From positions 62,620,001 through 62,684,000 of the forward strand of contig NC_042999.1 of NCBI RefSeq assembly GCF_006345805.1: a stretch of DNA of 64,000 nt, given 5' to 3'. Source of the DNA: Octopus sinensis (Eukaryota). A program made the translations under genes and the position numbers. Shown piece after piece: positions 11,261-24,884 of the stretch. Within the stretch, counting starts at the first letter, position 1. Each line of letters begins with the position of its first letter. The notes beneath the pieces were generated by a model. The model ran no database searches. It was not told the origin of the DNA and saw only the letters and a list, made by a program, of their open reading frames with translations.

Positions 11261-12345
11261 AACTGGAAAAGATACCTCGATGACTGTTTCATCATCTGGG
11301 ACAAAGGCATAGAGAAACTTGAGGAATTTAAAATTCTATTAAATGGAATAAATGACAATATACAATTCACGATGGACCACAACGAAAAAGAATTACCATT
11401 TTTAGACATCCTCATTAAGAAAACCGGCAACAAAATAGAGACAGATATCTACTATAAACCGACAGACTCTAAACAGTACCTACCCTTTGATTCATGCCAC
11501 CCACGACACACTAGAATGAATGTCCCTTTTGTTTAGCTAGAAGGATTTGCACCATAATATCAGACACAAACACCCGACACACACGTCTCCAGGAACTTAG
11601 AACCACACTCACAAATAGAAACTATCCACAGCCCCTAATAGACAGTGCAATCCAACGGGTACTTAAATTAAGTATAGAAGACCTGAGACAAACAAAACCA
11701 AAAAAGAAAGAACAATTAAAAACCCTTCCCTACATCTCTACACACAACCCACTCAACAATGAGGCCTTCAACACCATACTACAAAGCACAGCCCTACTAA
11801 AGGGAGACCCAAAGATGAACCGGATCCTCGAAACACACACCATCATTAAAAGTAAACGGCAACCAAAATCCTTGAAAAGGATTTTAACCCAAGCTACACT
11901 GCACTCAACATCAACCACAAAACCAGCAGTTAGAAAATGTGGAAGGCCCAACTGCGGAATCTGTGTCATCTTGAAAGAAGGATCAGAATTTATACTGGAA
12001 CAAGGCCACCAGTTCACCATCAGAACAAACTTCACCTGCGCATCAGAAAACTTAATTTACGTCATAACATGTGCAGGCTGCAATAGGCAGTATATAGGCC
12101 ATACAAAAAATAGCTTACGTAACAGGATGGCGATGCATAAATCACAAATTAGAAACCCTGATTACTGCAAAATACCGGTCAGCGGACACATAGATAGATG
12201 TGCTGGAAATGTAAATCCGAAATTTACAACTAACCCGCTCTATAAATTCAGTGACAACGCAACCTTCACACAACGCCAAAATAAAGAACTATATTTCATA
12301 AAAAAATTTAGACCAAGTTTAAACACCCTGGGCCAGGAATACTAA
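11261..12345 (+). pseudogene. PLE reverse transcriptase + GIY-YIG endonuclease, one frameshift near 11530
   Basis: NWKRYLDDCFIIW, IQFT..LPFLDI, IYYKPTDSKQYL..SCHP, CGRPNCGIC knuckle, NLIYVITCAGCNRQYIGHT..LRNRMAMH..ELYFI..PSLN. Confidence 0.92.
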
Positions 12346-12509
12346 AACAAAAGATAAGTCCTCCGAAAAGGAGAACCAAATTTCACCACGGCCGCTACTT
12401 CAAACAGACACTCACTCTGACGAAATATGCCTTAGTAAAAAAGGAAAAGAATTCTTTCGTGCAAATCTGACCCTGATACATACGATACAGCTAAGGGTCA
12501 GACCCGATT

Positions 12510-12885
12510 CTGATTGGTCAACAAGTTGATGACGTCTAGCTCTGCTAGAATGGACAGGATACAAACAGGGGACAGTCATTAGTCAGAATATTGATGACGT
12601 CCTTTTCTGCTTGGATAGTCACCTAACAAGTACAGACAGGGGGCAGATCTAATGTAGCTATAAGTCGTGATTGGGCAGAATCTGGATGACGTCCCGCTAT
12701 GCTTGACTAACGAAGCGACTGGTCAAGACAGGAAACAAACAAGAGGGAGTTATAATGCAGCGATTGGTCAAAATAATGATGACGTCCCGTTCCACTTGAT
12801 TAAAGCCACCTAACGAAACGATTGGTCAAAACATTGATGACGTCACGCTACGCTAGATTGACCACCTAACAGGCATTATAAAACC
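12510..12885 (+). promoter_or_regulatory. array of five inverted-CCAAT + CRE composite sites ending in a TATA-like box (PLE internal promoter candidate)
   Basis: ATT(G/A)G-N11-12-TGACGTC at about 12513, 12578, 12670, 12763 and 12821; TTATAAAA at about 12876. Confidence 0.6.
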
Positions 12886-13225
12886 GAGCATTTCACAAAA
12901 ACTCACTTGAACCACCCAGCGAACTTCCACCATGGGTCATCACAATTGCTTAAGGTAAAAATGAATTCCTCGCTCTTTCGGAAACATCAATCTTCTGTAT
13001 TGACCGCTTTCCACCACTTTGATCTGTTTTTTGTATTGAATACGTATCGCCACCGTGGGCCACTGCATCGAACACTTTGAACATATACTTCAAACTATAT
13101 ATCAACTATACATGAACTATATATCAACTATACATGAACTCTAAGATGTCTGACTCCGTTGTGTATTATAAATGAATTTCTTGTGTTTGACGGCATGAGC
13201 TGTCTCTTTTTATATATAACTTTTT

Positions 13226-13262
13226 TTGATAAGGTTCATTTCAGGAACTGAAACATGTTATA
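13226..13262 (+). ncRNA. candidate hammerhead with U3-A8 covariant core
   Basis: UUGAUAA-GGUUC(AUUUCAG)GAACU-GAAA-CAUG-UU near the PLE 3' end; stem I weak. Confidence 0.45.
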
Positions 13263-13834
13263 ATGTATATATAAAAATTAAAAATTGTATAATACAGCAG
13301 CATTTTCGAACTTCATTTTTTACAAATATATATATATATATATATATACTTGTGTTTTGAGTTGTATTTTCATGTTTGTATCACCAAACCTATTTACTCT
13401 GTAGTAACAATTTACATAGGAAGTTTTGTCATCATCAACACAAGTAAAGATTGATTTAAAACTTCTGAAACAATAACAACAACAACAGCAATCCATCCAA
13501 ACACAATTCCTTTTCAAATAAAGATGCGATCATATGTTCCCAAATCAGTGAGATGGTTAACATTTTATGGTAAACGTTTTATTTCCAACATTTTCTATTT
13601 AGTCTACTCCAGTATACTAACAAAGACTTTTTCTCCTTCTTTGCATCTAATTTATTTTTCTCTTATTTATTCGTTATAGTCGTGGAAGAGAGAAAGGGGC
13701 CATTAAACTTCAACATGGGTAAAGGGATCATCTATTTCTTAAATCAAATCTCACTTACTTACTTGTTCTTACACTATCTTCTATCAATGCTGTGGTACCA
13801 CACTCAGTTTGGCTTTGATTTTAATCTTTACTAC

Positions 13835-14210
13835 ATCATATTTTAGCTATAGCTTCAACATCATTGCTATATCGTTGCTATATCATTGCTATATTGTTGC
13901 TATATAACACCTCTGCACTGATGCAAGGAAACTATTCCTTGTCATTGCTTGTTATGACAACTTATACCCATGATTGCTATGACATCATCCCTCTACAGTA
14001 TTGATGTAATAAAACAAACACTCATTACATCATATTGTAGCTAAACCTTCAAAATCATTGCTATGATACTATATATTGTTGCTTGCTATATATCATTTCT
14101 GCACTGACACTAGGAAAACATTCCATGCCATTGATTGTTATGACAGCCTGTACCTATCATTGGTATGACATCATCCCTCTGCATTTTTGAATTAATAAAA
14201 CAAATGCCCT
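13835..14210. repeat. diverged tandem duplication of about 190 bp, rich in TTGCTAT
   Basis: CTGCACTGA..GGAAA..ATTCC..GTTATGACA..TATGACATCATCCCTCT occurs twice. Confidence 0.7.
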
Positions 14211-14517
14211 GTCATTAAAGAAGCCCCATTGTCTTAAGTCATTTACTATAACACTATACTGTAATATTATTTCCACAAAATACTACTTTGTTACTATCAT
14301 ATTTTATCATTTGGTTACTAAAGCATTTTATTATTCCAATAACATTTTATTTGTTCTTTACAGTAGTGCTATGCACCATCATTGCTTAGATTAAATGTTG
14401 TTATTTTAGCATTTTGATTCTGCTTGAACACTTTATTCTGTTCAACTAATTAATTATTTTCATGGATTCCTGGATGAAATATATTAACTTGTGAATTTTT
14501 TTTATCGACTATTCCAG

Positions 14518-14637
14518 AACACAGACGTTACTGAGCAGAAAAGGAGAAGAATTTTGCACCAATACTAGTTCCCTAAATCATTTCAACATGACTAGCATCT
14601 CGAAAACAATGAAATACATTGATATTGAAAAGAACAG
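14518..14637 (+). CDS. internal coding exon of unidentified gene (TQTLLSRKGEEF...DIEKN)
   Basis: ttccag acceptor, AG/gtgagt donor, 120 nt open, phase 2-2, joins in frame to 26609. Confidence 0.6.
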
Positions 14638-15067
14638 GTGAGTGATCTGTTAAATAATTTACACAAAGGACATCATCATCCTCATCATCATCATCATTGT
14701 CATCATTATCATTATATCATCATCATCGTCATCATCGTCATCATCATCATCATCATCAACAATGATTTTGACATCTGCTTTGAGGCAGAATATTACAGTC
14801 AGGTACGCTTCCTGTCACTACCCCTTACTTGTTTCTTAGTAAGGTACTATTCTTCTCATTTTTCACATGAAAAATCATACACTGGCTGGATATCCTTTTT
14901 ACAGCAGGTTTGGCCAGTAAAAGCAAAGATGTTGTTTCATATCAATTAAGGTACTAGACAGAAATTCAAGAAACTAACTATCCTTAATATCAAAAAAGGG
15001 TAAAAATCATTAATGATTTATACCAAGTGGTCAGTGTGGAAATAAAACCTCATAGGTACATTTTATA

Positions 15068-15471
<404 letters not shown>

Positions 15472-16114
15472 ACACATACATTTATATATACATATATATG
15501 TATATAAATGTTTACGTATATATCTATATATCCAAATCAAACATCAAAAGTTGAACATTAACAACTAAACATTAAAAATAACAATAACAAAATGACAATG
15601 AGATGTACATATGGAATGTATTAGCTTGATGTTGTATATATATATATATATCTGTAGAGAGAGGGAGAGAGAGAGAAAGAGATTTGTATCATAAGATATG
15701 GAATCAGAGAATCATGTAGCTATCACAGAAAGCTCTAATGGACACTTGTCTAACAGTTCACATAGTAATCCAATACAAAAAAGTGTAATACAGAGTGTCC
15801 ATGCAGTTGAAATCCAAAAGATCTAATTGATGAATTTATTTCATGAGGAGTATCATAAAAAATTAAGAGGTATAAGAGGTGAATATATTTATTTAACCTC
15901 TTAACATTCTCAGGATTATGGCCATTTTGCAGCCTTCTTCATGTAGTAATAATTTCAACATGGAAAAAATTATACTTATAGGTTTGCATGCTTGGCATTA
16001 TACAATAGAATTGTATAGTCACAAATCAATGCAAGTAAAGAAAGCTAGCTCATCAGATCACCAGAGCATATTACACCTATGATTCAACCCTAAGTAAACA
16101 CACAAAATTGGTCT

Positions 16115-16145
<31 letters not shown>

Positions 16146-16482
16146 ATGTATGAAATACCAAGACAAGATAAAACTAGTTTGGTTTGGCCAGTAAAAGTAA
16201 AGATGTTGTTTCATATCAATTAAGGTGCTAGACAGAAAAAACAGGAACGGATGAAAAGACGAAGTAAAGTAGTTAAAGTAAATATAAAAAAAGATGCAGC
16301 ACGGAATTTTTTCAGCAAAGCGACGAAAATATTTTGACAAATTAAATTTAAATTTTGAAGTGAATCTAACGGATTTTGTGTGTTTCTTAAATGGCTTATA
16401 AACACCTTCCACACTGCAATTGTTTTTGTTCCAGCACACGATCTCAGATCAGGTCACTTAATAAAAATAAATAGCTTCAAAA

Positions 16483-16515
<33 letters not shown>

Positions 16516-16589
16516 AAGTATAGTATAAATGAATTAAATAGGAAACAGGTGGCTGGAGATAAAGAGTCATGGCAGATTCTGATGTCACG

Positions 16590-16787
16590 CAACTGGTAAC
16601 CATGCCAGTGGCATATAAAAGCACCCATTACACTCTCAGAGTGGTTGGTGTTAGGAAGGGGCATCCAGCCATAGAAACCATGCCAAATTAGACTGGAGTC
16701 TGGTGCAGCCCCTTGGCTTACCAGCCCAAGTCAAACCATCCAACCCATGCCAGCATGGACAGTGGATGTTAAATGATGATGATGATG
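16590..16787 (+). mobile_element. SINE family C ((GAT)n-tailed)
   Basis: AAAAGCACCCA..AGGAAGGGCATCCAGC..CAACCCATGCCAGCATGGA..GTTAAATGATGATG. Confidence 0.8.
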
Positions 16788-17612
16788 AAGCTGTGTCTGT
16801 TTGTTAAAGGCAAACTTCACTGAGAGGGTGAATAGAAGAGAGAGTATAAGTATGATCATGATGGGGATGACAGAGCTAAAAGGAACAAGAGGATGCTGGA
16901 AGAGGGAGTAGTACAAGAGCAACAGTGATAAACAGACATTTTGATGAAACAAGATGAGTCTAAGTAAAAGACACATCTAACATATCTGAGCTAATTCCCA
17001 AAGCAGTAAAGTATTTTTGCCAGTCTTCATAAAAGTATGCTGATTTCCTCTCCTTTTTTGTGTCACTCTTAGACAAGAAACCATTATACACCTACAGCCT
17101 GTGTTACACATTTTCTATACACAAATCACTTAATGATATTGATACCCAAATATTTGTACGTACCCTTTCGTACAAAAGTATTTATATATCTTGCACTTTA
17201 CTACCAACACTTTTCCCTGTTTAGTTATTATGTAATTATGTTGTATGAGCTACTGTTTTATATAACAGCTGAACTGTTCTTTTTATATCACTAATAATTA
17301 TTCCACCATTTAGACAGACTAATGTCTAGAGACTACAGATGGAAAAATGTTGAAAGAAACTTTTGTATATATGTAAATATAATTACTGCATTAATTGACT
17401 TTTCTACACAACCACACAACATTTATTTTCTATACATTTGATTGTTTCTTGTTGTATGTGTATATGTATATACACATAGTATGTGTACATAAATGTATAT
17501 GTATCTCTGTGTGTGAATGTAATTTTCATATATGTATATATATGCACATACATATATATATGCACATACATATATATACATAGATATATATTTATGTGTG
17601 TGTCTGTGTGAA

Positions 17613-17923
17613 GGCACATAGCTCAGTGGCTAGAGCACCGGGCTCACAATCATGAGGTAGTGAGTTTGATTCCCTGACCAGGCCATGTGTTGTGTTCTTG
17701 AGCAAGACACTTTATTTCATGTTACTGGGCTGCGATGTCACTGGTACCAAGCTGTATTAGTCTTTGCCTTTCCCTTGGATAACGCCAGTAGCAGGGAGTG
17801 GGGAAGCTGGTATGCATGGGTGACTGCTGGTCTGCCATAAACAGCCTTGCCCGGACTTGTACCTTGGAGAGGAACTTTCTAGGTGCAATCCTATGGTCGT
17901 TCATGACCAAAAGGGGGTTTTCA

Positions 17924-17925
<2 letters not shown>
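17613..17925 (+). mobile_element. tRNA-derived SINE family D
   Basis: TAGCTCAGTGG A box, GAGTTTGATTCC B box, TTGAGCAAGACACTT core; related copy near 32850-33110. Confidence 0.7.
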
Positions 17926-18017
<92 letters not shown>

Positions 18018-18091
18018 TATATGTGTGTGTGTGTGTGAGTGTGTATGTGTGTGCTTGTGTGTGTGTGTATAAATTCACATCACATACACAC

Positions 18092-18126
<35 letters not shown>

Positions 18127-18128
<2 letters not shown>

Positions 18129-18930
18129 GGATGTGGTGAATAAATTGTCGTCTGAATTACACAAAAATGAAAATAACACTGACATCTCATTTTAACAGAT
18201 ATATTTACCAAAATTACATAAAAATATCTTGAAATACTAAAGAATAAATTTATTCAATAAAATCACCATTGGCTTCAACCACAGCCTCCAGACGACTTTG
18301 GAATCTCCTGCAACTCTTCTGGATGGTCTCCTTGTTTAAGTTGGTGAATGCTGCCATAATTATTGCCTTCAGTTCCTCTTTGGTGTTACTAGAAGTTTTG
18401 TTAGTCTCTCACTCAAATGCGCCCCACACATAATAATCAAAGGGGGTGCAGTCTGGGGAGTTGGATGGGCAGATGTTAGGGGTGACAGAGATTGTCTGAC
18501 AACCACGACTGGGTTCTCCTGTTTGTATGGCATGGTTCAGAGTCCTGTTGCCATATATAGGGTCTTCCAGCAGTCACCCTCTTGATCCAGGGCAGCACTA
18601 CCTCCTCCAGGCACTTGGTGTAGACCTCCATGTTGAGTTAGAGGCTGTGTGGGAAGATGAATGGAGGCATAACATCGCCACCACTGGTGATCACTCCAAA
18701 CACCATGATGTTGACTGGATGTTTGATTTTTATCACTCTCGATACATGTTTTGGGGACACAGCAAGCCAATGGTTGTTGTGTGTTCACCATCTGATCCTG
18801 GCAGAAATTTTTCTTGTCTGAGAAAAACCAAAGCATGTTCGGTTGGAGGGGATGCTTCAGTTTGTTTAAAGGCTTTATAGTGCAGCCTTTCCTCTTGTCC
18901 TTGATGGCTTGGGATAAAAATTGGTCCTTT
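18127..18930 (-). mobile_element. Tc1/mariner-superfamily decayed transposon
   Basis: Minus strand PSNSPDCTPFDYYVWGA third-Asp motif; WFFSDKKNF first-Asp region; terminus in (TA)n. Confidence 0.75.
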
Positions 18931-20211
18931 CTCATCTTGTCTTCATGCACTCCCTGCATGATAAGTAATTCAAATTTAATGTCTTCTTGAAACAACAAAT
19001 TTATTAAGAGATTAGGATTTAAATTCCAATCTATGAAAAGTTTTTGCTCTACAATATTCTCAAAGGAACGAAAAACTATCCAGCAACTCAGGCTAATACG
19101 AACGAACCTGGTAGGTGTAAAAGACTAACTGTCGCCTTTACTCACCAAGAGTACAGGCGACAGTCAGATCGCTGATGTCTGTTGTGCACTCTGCTGTTGT
19201 TATTTAATTGCTGTTATTGTGAGCATCTGTGTGTAAAGATCAGTTGTGTTTTGCAGGGTGCTTTATTTTTACACTCAACTTAGAAATGGAGAAAGACAGT
19301 GCTAGATATAAAAAAAAAGTCATTTGGAGCTAGAAATGAAGTGGAAAATCATGAAACTCTTTGAGCAGGAATGTGTCTTATGTGAAATCTGTGATCAGTC
19401 TGAGTGATGCTGATGATTCGGCAAAAGAGACTGACAGAATAAGTACTAGGCTTACAAATAATAAGTCCTGGTGTCGATTTGTTCAACTAAAGGTGGGTCT
19501 CCAGCATGGCTACAGTCAAATGACTGAAACAAGTAAAAGAGAGTAAAGAGTAATCCAGGCATGAAGTAAACATTTTGGGGGATTTTGTTGTCTGCACAGA
19601 GAGTAGTATTGTGTTTTTGGCTTTTATCAATTTTGGTATTTAAAACCTTAAGATGCTTTGAATTAATTAGAAATATAAATGCAGCCCTGATGATACACTA
19701 TACTTATGATGAGTGTAATTTTAACCACAACCATGAAAATAATGTGGTTGGTGTGTTGTGATGCAAAACACACAAAGCAGGTGATATTAAACACTTCGAT
19801 GCTGAGCAGATGTTGGCCATGTGTATATTATTACAGTATGTTAATGATAATATACAATAATTATGAGGTGTATACTGATCTCACTAAGCTAGTCAGTTGA
19901 GTGTAAGAGATATAAGTATAAGAGCCAGTGTAAATATTTATAAGAGCAACACACCTTTATTTATGGTTGTTGTTGCTTCAGTACTTAGGAGGTTATGTGT
20001 TTTGATCTATAAAATTAGTATTATTACTGTAATTCATTGTGTTTTTATTATTCATTTAGGGTTCATTTGGGCCTCTACAAGTGATACAATATTCTAGATT
20101 ATATATATATATTGCCAGTAAATCATAAAATCCAAGAAAGAAGCACACTCTAAGTTACAGAGCAGTAGAGTAAATAGACAAAGACACACACACACACACA
20201 CACACACACAC

Positions 20212-20265
<54 letters not shown>

Positions 20266-20295
20266 TATATATATGAATATATATATGTATACAGC

Positions 20296-20537
20296 ATGTG
20301 TAAAAAAATTCGAGCAAGGTCGTTGCCAGTACCGCCTCACTGGCCCCTGTGCCGGTGGCACGTAAAAGCACCCACTACACTCTCGGAGGGGTTGGCGTTA
20401 GGAAGGGCATCCAGCTGTAGAAACTCTACAAGATCAAGATTGAAGCCTGGTGCAGCCATCTGGTTCACCAGCCCACAGTCAAACCGTCCAACCCATGCTA
20501 GCATGGAAAGCGGACGTTAAACGATGATGATGATGAT
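20296..20537 (+). mobile_element. SINE family C
   Basis: Same consensus as 16590; (GAT)n tail. Confidence 0.85.
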
Positions 20538-20569
20538 ATGTAGATATATCTATATATGTGTATATGTAT

Positions 20570-20762
20570 GTGACCGTGTGTGTATCGTTGGCAGTCTTCT
20601 TTCTCCGTCTTCCCTTCTTTGGACTTTTTCTATATTTCTGATGAAGAGCTCTGCTCAATATGTGAAATCCTCCTTCTTTCTTTCCTTTCCTGAGCAGCCA
20701 ATAACACTGTACTTATTCCATGTCCTTGCGTTGTTGTGTTTTCTCTTTGTTCATGTTTGGAT

Positions 20763-20770
<8 letters not shown>
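20570..20770 (+). mobile_element. pLTR-like element with degenerate hammerhead
   Basis: TTT-CTGATGA-A-GAGC(TCT)GCTC then decayed AATATGTGAAA in place of GAAACGTH; ends at (TA)n. Confidence 0.5.
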
Positions 20771-20793
<23 letters not shown>

Positions 20794-20927
20794 TAGTGAC
20801 TGAAGCAGTATTAATACCAAAAGACAACGTGTGTGTGTATTATATGCTTGTGTATATGCAAATACAAATGCATATATATCTATATGTATATAGATATATA
20901 TACTCACACACACACATACAAATATGC

Positions 20928-20963
<36 letters not shown>

Positions 20964-22162
20964 GTTGATGTATTATGCACATATATGTGACCATTTTCCT
21001 AGTTTTTAGATGTATACCCTGAGATTTTTCAGTTGAAACACCTATTTACATTTAAAGACATGTCTTTGCAATACATGTTTAGCAAGACAGCTTATTATAA
21101 AGTTACCAGGTATAAGTGGCTGAATCTATTTTAGATGCTCAAAGGGGGTGCAATATTTGCCAGGTGCAAATAGGTGAGTCTATTTAAGATACTGTAACTT
21201 GAATTAATGTATTCTTGTACATTCTGTTTACCCCTTAATCCCATCTATGTTTACCATAGATGTGCTAACACTGGTTTCTTAGCTTATAAGTTAACCAAGA
21301 AATAACAGTAGCATTTGGCAGCTGCAATGATTTACTAGTAAGAACTTCTCTTTGAATCACATTCTTGCAGCTGGCTTGCACATTTTCATTTCTTGTTACT
21401 CATTGCATTTTTTTTTTTACAAAAACAAAGCCCCTTATGGAATCCAAACAGAAGTAACTAACATATCTTGCTAGCTAAATGCTATGCTAAAATGCATGGC
21501 AAAAGAACTACTGCCAGCCATTTCAGACCACCACCAGTTGAAAATACCATTTAAGTATGGCAAAAGAGCAAAGAAAAACAACTAAAACTTTAGGCTGAAC
21601 AAAATGCAATTTACAAAGAGGAATTCGTAAATGGTCACACTTAGAAGAAAAACAGAATGTTTGAAGAGTTAACAAGGAAATTTCTCTGATTCTAGAACAA
21701 TAGAAATTCTTGTATCAACAACAATGATTATTGTTGAAGCAAAGAATATTACATGCTAATTAAAAATAACAGATTTTTAAAGGTATGTCATTGGGGTGTT
21801 AAAGATTTATGAAAAGATACAACTTATGATTGTTCGTGGTTACTTGCAAGAACTGGAACTTCTCATAAAATGCTCATAACTCATAAAGATGAAATACTGG
21901 AATTTTACAAACTTATAAAGATTAGGATTAAAAAGCAGGAAATGTGGATGAAGTTTGTCTCATTTTTTATTTCTTTTCAAACAAAACCATTGATTTTAGA
22001 AGGTTCAAAACTATAGCAATCAAAACAACAGAACATAAAAAAAACCATTATACCATCCTTCTAGTTTGTACAACTGAAGGTAAAATTATAATGACAATGA
22101 TGATGATGATGATAATAATAATAATAATAATAATAATACACACATGTACACACACACACACA

Positions 22163-22294
<132 letters not shown>

Positions 22295-22307
22295 TATATA
22301 TACACAC

Positions 22308-22712
22308 ATACATATAAATAAAGTGTACATTTAAACACATAAGAGATGGCCATAATAGGACATCTGACCTGCTAGAAGGAGTAGTTAAAATTCAAACCAC
22401 TATTAGGGATAAATTCGAAAGGGAATGAAAAATAAAAACATTTACCATTTATTTCCTGTACCATGGTTTCAAGCTATCTTCAGCAAATAAAATATTTTTC
22501 ATTCCCTTTCGAAATTACCCCTAATAGGGGTTTGGAATTTAACTACTCCTTCTAGTGGATCAGATGTTCTATTATGGCCATCCCTTATGTGTTTAAATGT
22601 ACACTGTATTTATATGTATAATATATAGTCTATTGACTAGTTTTCTTCTTCTCGCTAGACCACTGGTGGCAAAAAAATTCTAAATAAATTTTTTTGCTAC
22701 CCTTAATTTTAT

Positions 22713-22720
<8 letters not shown>
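22308..22720 (-). mobile_element. fold-back pLTR-like element between (TA)n tracts
   Basis: About 125-bp arms 22308-22434 / 22493-22620, with a hammerhead in the spacer. Confidence 0.75.
22447..22493 (-). ncRNA. ultra-minimal type I hammerhead
   Basis: AUUUUAUUUG-CUGAAGA-UAGCUU-GAAA-CCAUGG-UA/CAGGAAAUAAAU; canonical core intact. Confidence 0.75.
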
Positions 22721-22794
<74 letters not shown>

Positions 22795-23005
22795 GGTTGG
22801 TCAGTAGTTCATATATCTGAAAAATAAGCACACTAAAACATTAGAACACTAGTATACTTAGAAGGTTGTTTGTTATGGCTGGTTTGAGAGTAACCATTGG
22901 TTTTATACCTATAAAGTGTTTAGCCATTTATAGCTAAACACTTTATAGGTGCAAAACCAATAGATACTCTTTAACTGACCATAACAAACAACCTTTTCTA
23001 AATAT

Positions 23006-23041
<36 letters not shown>

Positions 23042-23042
23042 G

Positions 23043-23076
<34 letters not shown>

Positions 23077-23109
23077 TATATACATACATATATATATACA
23101 TATATATAT

Positions 23110-23152
<43 letters not shown>

Positions 23153-23167
23153 CATATATATATATAC

Positions 23168-23201
<34 letters not shown>

Positions 23202-23203
<2 letters not shown>

Positions 23204-23510
23204 CCGTTGCCAGCCTCGCCTGGCCCTCGTGCCGGTGGCACATAAAAAGCACCATCCGTTCGTGGCCGTTTGCCAGCTCTGTCTGGCACCAGTGCGGGTG
23301 GCACGTAAAAAGCACCCACTACACTCACGGAGTGGTTGGCGTTAGGAAGGGCATCCAGCCGTAGAAACACTGCCAGATTTGACTGGGCCTGATGAAGCCT
23401 TCTGGCTTCACAGACCCCAGTAGAACCGTCCAACCCATGCTAGCATGGAAAACGGACGCTAAATGATGATGATGATGATGATGATGCCAAACGTTAAATG
23501 ATGATGATGG
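23202..23510 (+). mobile_element. SINE family C
   Basis: Internal GCCGGTGGCAC(G/A)TAAAAAGCACC repeats, (GAT)n tail. Confidence 0.85.
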
Positions 23511-23543
<33 letters not shown>

Positions 23544-24067
23544 TATATATACTTATGAACATATTTAACTATAATTTTTATAATCATGTATTCTTTCTTG
23601 ACCCTATTGATTTCAGATTGGGTGTGTAATGTCTATTGCTTCTTATATCATATAAGTAAAGAGAAATATTTAATCAAAAGAAATCAATACTTCCTATACC
23701 TGAATGAAATTATCTCTTTTGAACACTGCATTTATGCCACCTTTAACTTAAATATGTACAAAGCCATATATATAGCTTCAGCAAAAATTTTTCTTTTGTT
23801 ATCACAAGCTGTCACTTAGACTAGGTTAGAAATATATTATAAGATAAATATATAACAATACATATTTCAATCAATATTTGTAATTTTTTTTACCCTTGTT
23901 TTCCAATATTTTCAATCATATTTCTTTAGATCTTGTATTGTTAATGCATCTGTAAGTCTTTCTATTGATATGCTAATCTCATGGAGAAAATATTTTTTGA
24001 TGGCAGTCTTAAACATTGGTATGAATAACAGTTCATCATCATCATCATCATCACCACCACCACCACA

Positions 24068-24098
<31 letters not shown>

Positions 24099-24664
24099 TC
24101 ATCCTTGGCACCTTCTACATCTGTTTTTCCATACTTACACTGGTTGGCTGAGTCTTCTCCAGTAAAGTATCTCTTCTTTCAAGTCATCTCTTTTGTGAGA
24201 TGCAACAACCTTAGATCACCTTCCACCATTTCTACTCATTCCTTCCTCATATTCTTTCTCTTCCACAGGCTCTCCGCCCCCCTGGATTACTTGACACTTC
24301 TCTAACGTCCATTCTTCATATGCAACATATGTCTAAATCAAAGCCATTTTCTCTCTTTGACCCTTACATCTGATTCATCTCAAGCCTATTTTTCCCCTCA
24401 GTTTGCCTGTACTCCATGATTTATTCAAGCTAACATTATACATCCAGAGGAACATGCTGGCCTCTTTCCTGTCCAGCCTTTACACCATTTCATGTCTAGT
24501 ACCCATGCTTTACTACCATCCAGTGATATATACTTCATATGCAAGCCTCAAACCACATTGAGAAAGAATGTGTTTATTATTAACAGAAGCTTCTTGAACT
24601 TTTTCCACCTCATTCTTACTCAGGCTTCAATGCTTTCAGAATATTCATTTCTGCTGTTAATTAA

Positions 24665-24884
24665 CCCTTTAGCATTTAGATTACTTTCTCAAATGCAATG
24701 CTTGTTTATTCATATTGCTTGAAATTAATCTTGCATTATCTCGTAGCTTTGAGATTTTAGTGTTGTGATTGTTTACTTTTAGAATTACATTGTAAGGTGG
24801 GTGTGAGAGGCTGGGTGTGGCCAGTTTGAACATAAAACAGGTAGAATATTTTGGCTGGATATGGTCAGTTTGAATGCTAAAGAG
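24665..24884. mobile_element. TTAA MITE
   Basis: TTAA-CCCTTTAGCATT...AATGCTAAAGAG-TTAA; relatives at about 810 and 49304-49530. Confidence 0.7.

Larger units (their letters stand above)
11261..13322 (+). mobile_element. 5'-truncated Penelope-like retroelement (Neptune/Naiad-like) inserted in (TA)n
   Basis: RT-thumb-Zn knuckle-GIY-YIG coding region followed by about 1 kb 3'UTR/pLTR; (TA)n at both ends. Confidence 0.9.

Noticed and set aside
12510-12885. Repeat-spacer pattern resembling CRISPR
   Set aside because: Eukaryotic context, degenerate repeats, related spacers and no cas genes.
13350-13464. Possible minus-strand exon (SFKSIFTCVDDDK...LKTQ)
   Set aside because: Acceptor is plausible, but the donor is weak (CAA/gtatat in a TA tract) and no partner exon could be linked.
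14905-14950. Exon-like 46-nt segment
   Set aside because: Phase incompatible with 14518-14637; inclusion gives an immediate stop, so it was not placed in the gene model.
19680-19725. CTGATGA followed by a TACACT/AGTGTA hairpin
   Set aside because: No GAAA or stem III follows; at most a relic.
23385-23405. CTGATGAAGCC
   Set aside because: Mutated SINE family C sequence (CTGGTGCAGCC in other copies).
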